Virus record (IMG/VR): IMGVR_UViG_3300021431_000075
Location: 576,001 to 640,000 of that record
Source: a virus
Lineage: Duplodnaviria; Caudoviricetes
Reading direction: 5' to 3' (one strand)
DNA length: 64,000 nt
The notes under the pieces were generated by a model. That model did no database searches, was not told where the DNA came from, and worked only from the letters and a program-made list of their open reading frames with translations. Positions 39,404-48,490 of the stretch are shown one piece after another. Every line of letters begins with the position of its first letter. The stretch's first letter is position 1. Made by a program: the position numbers and the translations under genes.

Positions 39404-41362
39404 ATGGGTAATCCAATTGTAACGAAGATAACTGTTGAAGATATTCCATATAAAATAAAAGGAACTTTATATGACGAACTTGGCAACAATACTGATGGTG
39501 GTGTAACACAAGCAGCATTGACAGGCTTGTTCAATAATGTTGATTTGTCACTGTTCGATTTTAACAACAAAACAGAGAACTTCAAACTCACATCGACTGA
39601 TGGTTTCTACATCATTGATTCAACAGGAAACATTTGTTTAACAGTAAACGGAAATGGCGTTTTTGATGTATTAGACATCGGAGTGAACATCAGAAGCAAA
39701 ATCGGTTCAATTACTTCTGAAAGTATCAATACTGCAATCACAACAGTCAACGAAGCAATAGACAGCATTGATAATGACGTAAGCAAAGTAAATAGCAAGT
39801 TATCAAACTATGAGATTACAAGCGAAGATGGCTTCAGAATAGTCGACCCTGACGGAAACATATGTTTCATTGTAAGCAGAAACGGAATGCTGGATGCTCT
39901 TGGTTTGGGAAACAACTTGACAGAAATCATCAATAATATAATTTCATCTGGTTCTTTGTCTGTAACTACTCATGAAATTCCGCTTGATATTGAATATGGT
40001 GGCTTGACATTTGACGGTTCTATGACAGGTTCTGATGCAAGAACTGCATTCTTCAACTTAAAGAGAACAAAGAACTTCATCAAGAGAAATACATTTGAAC
40101 TCACATTGACGAATTGTACTGCTCAAGTCTATATGTATGATAGCAGTTTTAATTTTATAAGAATCGTTGATTATGCAACATATATAGAGAATCCGAGCAA
40201 CTATTCATTCTATGCATACAAACTTTTGTTCACGATTACAGATACGACAAATGAAATGAATGTCGTATATGAAGCGAATGATTGCCAGTATATCAAGAAC
40301 AAATATACATCATTAACGGAAATTTCTTTCGTTTATGAAGTTCAAATAAACATTGGCAAAGATGTTCTCGATGATGACCCGACAATCGAAAGAATAATTG
40401 AGGATAAGTATTACAATACAGGTTTTATAAAACTGCCACCAAACTATTCACAGACTGGAAGTCCAACACCTTTGATTCTTTTTGCTCATGGTAGTGGTGA
40501 TTATGGAAGTATAGGTGCAAGTGTAATGACTACGAACTATGCTGCATATTATGAATATCTTCAAAAAGAAGGTTATGCTATATTTGACTGTTATGGTTCA
40601 TCGAATTATTATGCATCAAAATACAACCTTGCATATTCTGTATCTCTCGGAACACCAACAAATATGAGTTGTATCAATGCTGCATACAAATGGGTATGTG
40701 AACATTATAATGTTGATACATCAGGAATATATGTAACTGGAAAATCATTAGGCGGCATTATTTGCTTTGCTATGTTATATCAAAATTCTATTCCGGTCAG
40801 ATGTGTCGGTGCTCTTGCGCCATCTATAGATGCACGTTTTCTTTCTGAATATGTTTTTGGTTATAATGATAAAACGCAGAATTTCTGTTTTGAAGATTTG
40901 GGATTTGATGTGAATGACGGAGACACGAATGAAACGATTTTGCTGAATAATGTTGACAAGTGTGCTAATTTTATTAACTCATTGAGAAATATAACTTACG
41001 CAGAAATCGATAATACTCAAATAACATCTCAAAAGGAAATAGTAAGACAACTTATAAACGTTTCGCCCGGAAATGCAAAATACTCAAAACTGGAAAGAAT
41101 TTGCAATGTTCCTATTAAGATATTCATCGCAAATGATGACAAGATAGTAAGTCTTACTGGCTGCAAATATTTCATCAATTCTATCAAAGCAACAGGCGGT
41201 GATGCAGAAATACGCTTATTTCCTTCAAATACTGGAGGGCATCATGCGGTAGATACTGACACAAACGCGTTAAAAGTCAATGTTACTACAAAACTCGGCT
41301 ATGATTGTTCAGACGTGCCATTGGCATACGCAGAACTCGTGCAGTATTTTAGAAAATATTGA
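39404..41362 (+). CDS. Outer cassette D: fibre-like protein with alpha/beta hydrolase (esterase-like) domain (predicted ON)
   Basis: MGNPIVTKI N-terminus; LILFAHGSG, nucleophile elbow GKSLGG, ANDDKIV, GGHH. Confidence 0.75.
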   Translation: MGNPIVTKITVEDIPYKIKGTLYDELGNNTDGGVTQAALTGLFNNVDLSLFDFNNKTENFKLTSTDGFYIIDSTGNICLTVNGNGVFDVLDIGVNIRSKIGSITSESINTAITTVNEAIDSIDNDVSKVNSKLSNYEITSEDGFRIVDPDGNICFIVSRNGMLDALGLGNNLTEIINNIISSGSLSVTTHEIPLDIEYGGLTFDGSMTGSDARTAFFNLKRTKNFIKRNTFELTLTNCTAQVYMYDSSFNFIRIVDYATYIENPSNYSFYAYKLLFTITDTTNEMNVVYEANDCQYIKNKYTSLTEISFVYEVQINIGKDVLDDDPTIERIIEDKYYNTGFIKLPPNYSQTGSPTPLILFAHGSGDYGSIGASVMTTNYAAYYEYLQKEGYAIFDCYGSSNYYASKYNLAYSVSLGTPTNMSCINAAYKWVCEHYNVDTSGIYVTGKSLGGIICFAMLYQNSIPVRCVGALAPSIDARFLSEYVFGYNDKTQNFCFEDLGFDVNDGDTNETILLNNVDKCANFINSLRNITYAEIDNTQITSQKEIVRQLINVSPGNAKYSKLERICNVPIKIFIANDDKIVSLTGCKYFINSIKATGGDAEIRLFPSNTGGHHAVDTDTNALKVNVTTKLGYDCSDVPLAYAELVQYFRKY

Positions 41363-41390
41363 TTTCAATTATTAAAACAAAACAAAGATT

Positions 41391-42371
41391 ATGAGCGGCA
41401 TAGCATTTATATTGGAAAACTCGGATTTTTCAAGCGAAAATATCGGCACAATAGAACTCGGTTCAGCGATTGAAAACATCGTTGATAGATACATATCATC
41501 TGCCGGAGGCAGTGCTTCAACATACAGGGCTGCTTTATTAAGGATGGTAACATCTCTAAAGCAAGAAAATATCTGGGATGGAATCGACATTTATCCTATG
41601 GTCGGCAACAATTTGACAATAAATCTCAATCCAACAGATGGTAAAGTAAAGGCAAATCTTGTTTATGATACAGACCATGCTACGATGGGAAACAATATGT
41701 TTACATTTGACGGTAACGGTCCGGGTGCAAGTTCAAACATAACTAACATGTCTGGCGAATATATAATATTGCCAACTGATTCAACAAGAGCAAATTTATA
41801 TGTCTGTGCTGATGTTGAACTTAACGAAAATGCACAAACTCCCGGAATACCAAAGAATAGTAGATTCATTTATGGTCAACGTAATACAGGCAATATTAAA
41901 TTTTTCACAGCAAGTTGCTCAACATGGGGTGATGGTTCATCGTCTCCTATAGTATTATTGTTGGATGCTTCTGGCGGAACTGGAAAAAATAGAGCAGCAT
42001 ATGACCCATCACAAGACAGATTAGTAAGAAGATTATACAGTTTCTCTATAATTGATATTGATGAAACGATTGACGAAACGAATTATACATCTGAAACTAT
42101 TCTTCGTGTTAATGGAGCTAAGGTAACACCAGACAATTCACTTGGTGGATTTAAGACTACAGCCAAAAACGGAAGTTATAAGCTAAGTCAAAATAATGGA
42201 ATTGGATTTATGGAGTCACAGGCAGGTGCAACTGGAATAGATGGATATTATACATTGGACGGAAACGTCCGATTCTTTGCCAGAGGTATCTTAAGTCAAG
42301 AAAATGCTCTTAAAGCAGACAATATCTTCAAGACATTCCTTGATAGCACAAAGCCATATACAAATTCATAA
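41391..42371 (+). CDS. Cassette D partner protein, paralogue of 8797..9666
   Basis: Shared N- and C-terminal motifs with a divergent middle. Confidence 0.6.
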   Translation: MSGIAFILENSDFSSENIGTIELGSAIENIVDRYISSAGGSASTYRAALLRMVTSLKQENIWDGIDIYPMVGNNLTINLNPTDGKVKANLVYDTDHATMGNNMFTFDGNGPGASSNITNMSGEYIILPTDSTRANLYVCADVELNENAQTPGIPKNSRFIYGQRNTGNIKFFTASCSTWGDGSSSPIVLLLDASGGTGKNRAAYDPSQDRLVRRLYSFSIIDIDETIDETNYTSETILRVNGAKVTPDNSLGGFKTTAKNGSYKLSQNNGIGFMESQAGATGIDGYYTLDGNVRFFARGILSQENALKADNIFKTFLDSTKPYTNS

Positions 42372-42387
42372 CTATCAACCATATATC

Positions 42388-42430
42388 AAAAAAGCAGATG
42401 AGCATCAAAAACTCATCTGCTTTTCTTTTT
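42388..42430. terminator. Bidirectional terminator; right boundary of the cassette locus
   Basis: AAAAGCAGATGAG...CTCATCTGCTTTT. Confidence 0.75.
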
Positions 42431-45400
42431 ATCCGTTATTGCTTCCGCCGTTGTTCATGCTTCTCAACCTGTCCTTGAATATCGCGCTCCTGTTCAACGC
42501 GAAGTCAACATCAGCCTGCTCGACCTTCTTTATCTTTCCCTTGAACAGAGGACTTCTCTCCGGCTGCTCTATCCTCTCCATCTGCATCTCTGTTCCGGTC
42601 TTTTCATTCTTGACTTCGACAAGGTTCTGCATCTTCATGTCATGTCTGACCTCGTTGACGGTCTTTTCCATCATCTTCATCAACTCGAACAGCTGCTCTA
42701 TGTTCGCATTCCTGACACTGTCGATGTCAAGGTTCGAGAACAGCTCTATCTTGTCAAGAATCTTCCGCTTCGCGTCATTGTCTATCAACCTCTGCATGTT
42801 CATGTCCGGAACATCTCCGTTGTCCTGAAGAACATACTCTCCGATTTTCATATCGTCTTTCGCGCTTCCGCCTTCAACATCTATCTCATCCATCTTCATG
42901 TCTGGCAACTTCATATTCTGCTTATCAAGTTCTTGCATCGCCTGTCCTTCCGGCTTCTCGCTCTTGAAAAGTCTATCCATCTCCATATCATCAAGCTTTC
43001 CATGCTCGACAAGTCTCTCGTCCTTCAACTTATGCACAAGCGGCTTGTCAATCAGTTCCGGCATCTCCATTGCTGAACTTGAATCATTCACAACCATCTC
43101 CTGCATCTTCATCTTCGGAACATCCATTTCCGATTCATCAAGTTCCTGCATCGTCTGACCTATACTAATGTCATTCTCGACAAGTCTCTCCATCTCCATA
43201 ACTTCCGGCTTCCCGCGCTCGACAAGCCTTTCATCTCTCATCTTGTGCTCAATCGGTCTCTCGACAAGTTCCTGCATCTTCATCACGATGCTCGCGTCGC
43301 TCATCACCATCTCCTGCATCTTCATCTCCGGCAACTTCATTGCATCAACCATCTGAACATCCTTCATCTCAATGTCCGGATTCTCTCCGACCAGCGAGAA
43401 CTCGATGTCTCTTTCCGGCTTCTGCAAGTCCATCTCGATTCTGTCAAGTTCCTGTGTCTCGTTTTTGTACTCGCGGTTCTCAAGCTCGACATAGTTCATA
43501 TCTGGTTTCAGACTGCTGTCAAGAAGTCCGACCATCGATGCATCATGCTGAATCGCGCTATCGAAAACTGGATGCATCATGTCCATGCCCGGTTTCTCAA
43601 GGTTCATTTCCATACCAGCCATCGTCGTATGTTCGACGCCTATGTCAACAAGCGATATGTCCTTGATTTTCCCGTCTATCTTTCCGGTCATCTCTATGCC
43701 AACCATAGAAGCGTTGTGCTGCACCTCTGAAACAAACTCCGGTGCCACTATATCCGTGTGACCGATAGACAAGTCCATTTCCATGCCGACCAGAGACGCG
43801 TTGTGCTGGACTGTATCTACAAAATCAACCGGAGTCAAGTCAAGATGCTTCACGTCCTCGTTCATTTCCATCTCCGGCATGTTCATTCTCGGCTTTCCAA
43901 GATTCATCTCCATTCCGACCATTGACGCGTTATGCTGAATCTCCGAAATAAACTCCGGTGCCACTATATCTGTGTGACCGACGGACAAGTCCATTTCCAT
44001 TCCGACCATTGACGCGTTCTGCATTCCCTGCTTGCCGTCAATGAACTCGGCAGGAACCATGTCAAGATGCTTCACATCCTCGTTCATCTCCATTCTCGGC
44101 ATCTCCATCTTAGGCAAGTCAAGATTCATCTCAAGACCGACCATTGACGCGTCATGCTGAATCGTATCAATAAACTCGACATGCTGCAAATCAAGATGCT
44201 TCACATCCTCATTAAAATCAATAGGAATCAAAGATGCATTGTGCTGAACATTCTCGACGAACTCAGGCGGAACTAAGTCAAGATGTTTCACATCTTCATT
44301 AAATTCAATCGGAACCATAGACGCATCATGCTGAATCGTATCAACAAACTCGACAGGTTGCAAGTCTAAATGTTTCACGTCCTCATTGAACTCTATCGGA
44401 ATCAACGACGCGTCATGCTGGACATTCTCAACGAACTTAGGCGGAATCAAATCCAGATGCTTGACATCCTCATTGAACTCGATTTGAACCATAGACGCAT
44501 CATGCTGAATCGTATCAACAAACTCGACAGGCTGCAAGTCAAGATGCTTGACATCCTCGTTCATAATCAACGACGGCATGTCCATCAAGCCCTTTTCAAG
44601 ATTCATGATGACTTCCTGAAGATTCGAATGCGGAACATCCAAGTTCATTTCAAGTCCAATCAGGTCTTGCGTATATCTTTCAAGATTCATAATGACCTGC
44701 TGCAAATCCTCATGCGGAATGTCAAGATTAAACTGCATCTCCTGCAAGTCTTGAGTGAACTTTTCGTAGTTCATAATCATCTCCGCAAGTTCCTGTTCCG
44801 GTCTCGTCAAGTTGAACTCCATCTTCTGCAAGTCCATATGCGGCTTTGCAAGATTCATGAACATCCTTGCCAAGTCCTGCGTGAACCGTTCAAGATTCAT
44901 GATGACCTGCTGCAAGTCGCCATGTGGCTTATCGAGGTTCATCTCCATTTCCGCAAGTTCCTGTTCCGGCTTCTCCAAATTCATTTCAATCTTGTCCATC
45001 TCCTGTTCCGGTTTCGACAAGTTCATATCAAGCTCGTTCAACTCTTGCGAAGGCTTCTCAACATTCATCTGAAGTTCAGGGTCCACCAAGACATTGTCAG
45101 GATACTTTCCAATCTGGATAGCCCAGTCATTCAAATGGTATGTCATGTTCATGATTCTGTCGATGAAATCACGCCTCATTCCTTCCGTATCAAGCGTAAC
45201 CATCTGATAGTCAAGATATACCATGAAAGTTTCCAAATCAACCCTATTCAAGTCATTCGTGAAGTAATACCTGTCAGACTGTCTGGAGTCTCTAATCAGC
45301 CTTGAGTTCGAAGTCACAATAGACTTCACTGCATTCCACAAGTCCTTGATGTTATGGATGACATAAGCGGAATCAGAAACTGTCGCATAGTGCCATGTGT

Positions 45401-46769
45401 CTTCCGGCTGCGCTATTCCCGCATATCTCGTGTTGATTCTCAAGAAATCGTTATAGTCTCCGAACAAGTGAGTCCTTGCAGCAACATTGCTTGCGTTGAG
45501 ACCGCTGTGATCAGAGAACGCGTTGTACTCATCCGGCATCATGAACATCCTCTGCATCCAGACAAAACGCCAGTCAACATTCCGTCCGTGCTGGAAAGTC
45601 TCCTCCGCGTCATCAACAAAGTCATGGTCCTTCTTCGTAATGATGTCCTTGATGAATATGCATCTTCGGAACAACTGGTTCGACATATATGTCTTGACAT
45701 TGCTGACCTTGACCTCGATGACAGGGTCCGAAGTCTTGACAGACGTGTAATCAGCAGTGTATTCGCTCTCTCCATACGGCTTCATCACAAACTCGCAAGG
45801 AGAACACTCGAAAGCGCAAACCGGGAAATAGTCCTGATCCGGATTGAACATTCCGTATCCCATCGAAACACTCCTGTCATCAAATACATAGATGATCATT
45901 CTGAAGAACCTGTATATGTCAGGAAGAACCCATCTCTGATACACCTCGTCCCATGCCGCCTTTCTGTACAGCTCAAGCAATGTCCTGATTTTCTGGTCTA
46001 TTCCGTCCGAAATGCAAGTCAATGTCAAAGTGCAGTCCTTCAGCCTCTGACCTCGCGCAGTGTCAACCTCTCCGAGTTTCTGGATTCCACCAATCTTCTG
46101 GAACATATACGGAAAATCCCTCTGAATCGTATACAATCCCTCGATAAAATCCTTAAGATACTGCGCACGCCTGTCCTCGTTCCTGTTATAGAGCCAGTTC
46201 ACGGCATTATATACAATCGTGTTGTTGAACGTGGTTGTCGTTCTTGTCGAAGTTATGTTGCCGCGAGTCGAAGTCACAATGGAGTCGAAATTCAGGTCCA
46301 GCAAGCCCATAGGGAAGTCATCATAGTCCTGATAGTATATGTTATCAGACAATGAATTGCGCTGCGTTGACGCAATCGTATTGTCATCAAGAATGCTTGC
46401 ACCCCACATGCCGAACTCGACCTTGAACGTCAGTCTTGTAGGGTCCTCGAAGCCGTCATAGAAAACATCATTGTTCGACTGCGAGCCGTACTCGTTTCCG
46501 AGATGAAACCTCTTGACATGCTCCATCAGACCGACAAACGGTCCAGTGTCAAGAATCTTCGTGGCTGGGTTGTAAACATCTTCAACCGTATAATACCTGT
46601 CGTTTCCTGTCACATACTCACTATAGTTCGCGTTGCTCTTTCCGGTTATCGTCTGCCAAGCCTTCGAGAAGAATGACTGCTTCTTCTCTCCTGAACCGTT
46701 GTTCTGACTCCCGAACGAATTGCCGGAGCCGACAATCTTGTTACTATCTATGCTTTCCTTAATATTCAT
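42429..46769 (-). CDS. Large putative structural protein with long Met/Glu-rich repeat C-terminus
   Basis: Likely start MNIKES; follows neck gene; N-terminal part loosely tube/baseplate-like; 12 x 14-aa and 5 x 29-aa repeats. Confidence 0.55.
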   Translation of the reverse strand: MNIKESIDSNKIVGSGNSFGSQNNGSGEKKQSFFSKAWQTITGKSNANYSEYVTGNDRYYTVEDVYNPATKILDTGPFVGLMEHVKRFHLGNEYGSQSNNDVFYDGFEDPTRLTFKVEFGMWGASILDDNTIASTQRNSLSDNIYYQDYDDFPMGLLDLNFDSIVTSTRGNITSTRTTTTFNNTIVYNAVNWLYNRNEDRRAQYLKDFIEGLYTIQRDFPYMFQKIGGIQKLGEVDTARGQRLKDCTLTLTCISDGIDQKIRTLLELYRKAAWDEVYQRWVLPDIYRFFRMIIYVFDDRSVSMGYGMFNPDQDYFPVCAFECSPCEFVMKPYGESEYTADYTSVKTSDPVIEVKVSNVKTYMSNQLFRRCIFIKDIITKKDHDFVDDAEETFQHGRNVDWRFVWMQRMFMMPDEYNAFSDHSGLNASNVAARTHLFGDYNDFLRINTRYAGIAQPEDTWHYATVSDSAYVIHNIKDLWNAVKSIVTSNSRLIRDSRQSDRYYFTNDLNRVDLETFMVYLDYQMVTLDTEGMRRDFIDRIMNMTYHLNDWAIQIGKYPDNVLVDPELQMNVEKPSQELNELDMNLSKPEQEMDKIEMNLEKPEQELAEMEMNLDKPHGDLQQVIMNLERFTQDLARMFMNLAKPHMDLQKMEFNLTRPEQELAEMIMNYEKFTQDLQEMQFNLDIPHEDLQQVIMNLERYTQDLIGLEMNLDVPHSNLQEVIMNLEKGLMDMPSLIMNEDVKHLDLQPVEFVDTIQHDASMVQIEFNEDVKHLDLIPPKFVENVQHDASLIPIEFNEDVKHLDLQPVEFVDTIQHDASMVPIEFNEDVKHLDLVPPEFVENVQHNASLIPIDFNEDVKHLDLQHVEFIDTIQHDASMVGLEMNLDLPKMEMPRMEMNEDVKHLDMVPAEFIDGKQGMQNASMVGMEMDLSVGHTDIVAPEFISEIQHNASMVGMEMNLGKPRMNMPEMEMNEDVKHLDLTPVDFVDTVQHNASLVGMEMDLSIGHTDIVAPEFVSEVQHNASMVGIEMTGKIDGKIKDISLVDIGVEHTTMAGMEMNLEKPGMDMMHPVFDSAIQHDASMVGLLDSSLKPDMNYVELENREYKNETQELDRIEMDLQKPERDIEFSLVGENPDIEMKDVQMVDAMKLPEMKMQEMVMSDASIVMKMQELVERPIEHKMRDERLVERGKPEVMEMERLVENDISIGQTMQELDESEMDVPKMKMQEMVVNDSSSAMEMPELIDKPLVHKLKDERLVEHGKLDDMEMDRLFKSEKPEGQAMQELDKQNMKLPDMKMDEIDVEGGSAKDDMKIGEYVLQDNGDVPDMNMQRLIDNDAKRKILDKIELFSNLDIDSVRNANIEQLFELMKMMEKTVNEVRHDMKMQNLVEVKNEKTGTEMQMERIEQPERSPLFKGKIKKVEQADVDFALNRSAIFKDRLRSMNNGGSNNG
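44130..45068 (-). repeat. In-frame coding tandem repeats (42-nt x12, then 87-nt x5)
   Basis: MNLEKPEQELAEME-type and FNEDVKHLDLQPVEFVDTIQHDASMVPIE-type units counted in the translation. Confidence 0.8.
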
Positions 46770-46791
46770 TAGAATCAAAAACTCTTGTTTA

Positions 46792-48339
46792 TTATCGAAC
46801 CGGAGAATAGAACATTCCCTCAACCGGCGGAACCGGACCGTCAACAACAATCAGCTTAGACGCGTTCCTTGTCACCTCGCTGTACATGTCAAGCTTGTAT
46901 GTATCTTCCATCGGATACTCGTTCTCGTAGAGACGGATATTCCTGATGTTCAATCCGGAATCAACAGCATCAATCTCAAGACTCTCGAACTCAAAGTCCG
47001 GAACCGTGCTGACAGTCTTCAACTTGCTATCAACCCGGTCGTGCAGGATAATCGTGTCATTCGCATCCCTGTCAAGCTGACAGAGAACGAGCCTGATTTC
47101 ACTCATCGACATATCAACCGCAATATAGCACCACTTCATCAAGTCCGTCTTTCCTGTATCGAACTTCCTTGTCTGACCACCGAAATTGACACTGACAGTC
47201 TTGAGCGTACAGTTCACATCAATACTGAAACTACCATTGTCGCTCTTGATGAGATTGAACCTGCTTGCTTTCGTCAATTTGAAATTTCCTTTCTCGTACC
47301 AACCAGTGAGTTTCCGGTTAAGTCTCTGGACATCAGCATTCTTGAACTTTATACCAAGCGTCATCTCGCAATGCAAATCTACAATCTCACCCTCGATGCT
47401 AACAAGAGAACCCCTGCTTAACGTAACATGGTCGCCAACATTCAAATCACAAGTCGCAGTTATCTTGAAGTACCAGTCCTTCTTGTCTTTTGTATAGAAT
47501 GAAAGAGAACGAACCGCATATTCAGAAGAAGATGCAAGTCCGGGATTGTTCCTGAACCAAGAAGTGAAAATCCAGTGATTGCGATCATACTCGGCAGAAT
47601 ATGATGCCCTGACATGGTAGAGAACCTTTTTAGACGCAAGATTCAAGTCATAATAAGCAGAAGATATTCGATTTCCGTCCGTGCCAATCAAGTCCTCGAT
47701 AACAACACTGTCCATATCGTAATCCTTCAGCGGATCCACCATCGTAGTATTGTTGTACGAAGTCTCGACCTCGACAACAGCATCTGCGACTTCCTGGGAT
47801 ATTGCATCTCCGAACAAGTCTTCCTGTGTGACTGTAAGTTCCTCGATGGAAGAACGGAACTCTTCTGTTTCCTTTCTGGATGCAACCGGATTGTACTTGA
47901 CAAGCTGGCACTTGTAGTACTGCGGCATCGAAGCGACGCCGTACATGACCTGCGAAGTCTTGACCTCGAACAGCTTGTGAAGAATCTTGATATAGAGAAC
48001 ATCTCCGGCTTGAGGCATGCAAGTCTCACCGAAAATCGCATTCCAGTCACTAATGGTTATGTTGATTTCAAGCGGCGCGTCATAGTTGATGCCAAACAGG
48101 TCTATCGTGAAGTTTCCGGCATTGTAGTCGCTGTTCGCAGTCAGAACCTTCAACGGCTGCGGACATTCAAGCCCTATGTTCGTCAACGTGTACTCCTGCA
48201 GAATGACGTCTTCCGAGTTAATTTCCGGAGTAGCCCTGCAGTACAGAACATCAAGACCGACCGTGTTCATAGCCTGCTGCTGCAGATTCATGATAATCGA
48301 ATACGCAGAAGCAGCCATTTCCTGAAGATTCAGTGCCAT
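46792..48339 (-). CDS. T4 gp14-like neck/head completion protein with C-terminal extension
   Basis: GLDVLY...EDVILQEY...FGI...PQAGDVLYIKILHKLFEV pattern. Confidence 0.65.
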   Translation of the reverse strand: MALNLQEMAASAYSIIMNLQQQAMNTVGLDVLYCRATPEINSEDVILQEYTLTNIGLECPQPLKVLTANSDYNAGNFTIDLFGINYDAPLEINITISDWNAIFGETCMPQAGDVLYIKILHKLFEVKTSQVMYGVASMPQYYKCQLVKYNPVASRKETEEFRSSIEELTVTQEDLFGDAISQEVADAVVEVETSYNNTTMVDPLKDYDMDSVVIEDLIGTDGNRISSAYYDLNLASKKVLYHVRASYSAEYDRNHWIFTSWFRNNPGLASSSEYAVRSLSFYTKDKKDWYFKITATCDLNVGDHVTLSRGSLVSIEGEIVDLHCEMTLGIKFKNADVQRLNRKLTGWYEKGNFKLTKASRFNLIKSDNGSFSIDVNCTLKTVSVNFGGQTRKFDTGKTDLMKWCYIAVDMSMSEIRLVLCQLDRDANDTIILHDRVDSKLKTVSTVPDFEFESLEIDAVDSGLNIRNIRLYENEYPMEDTYKLDMYSEVTRNASKLIVVDGPVPPVEGMFYSPVR

Positions 48340-48364
48340 TGAAACTATAAGTTCTCTTTTAATC

Positions 48365-48382
48365 TATTATAAGATATTTATT
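48365..48382 (-). promoter_or_regulatory. Putative late promoter 18-mer
   Basis: Exact AATAAATATCTTATAATA 25 nt upstream of the neck gene. Confidence 0.65.
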
Positions 48383-48490
48383 TGCCGATTAGACATTTGC
48401 CGCTCTTCTAAAAAGAAAAAAGAGCAGATTCGAAAAACAGTCGAACCCGCTCCTTGGAAATATATGTAGTTAATTATGGAACCGCTATGA

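Noticed and set aside
2890-42371. Integron-like excision/integration array or C-terminal-swap shufflon
   Set aside because: Cassettes alternate in orientation, no attC-like hairpins are seen, and sites lie upstream of start codons rather than in genes; promoter inversion fits better, though excision is not excluded
43700-45068. Periodic DNA repeats as a CRISPR array
   Set aside because: In-frame degenerate coding repeats without unique spacers; no cas genes
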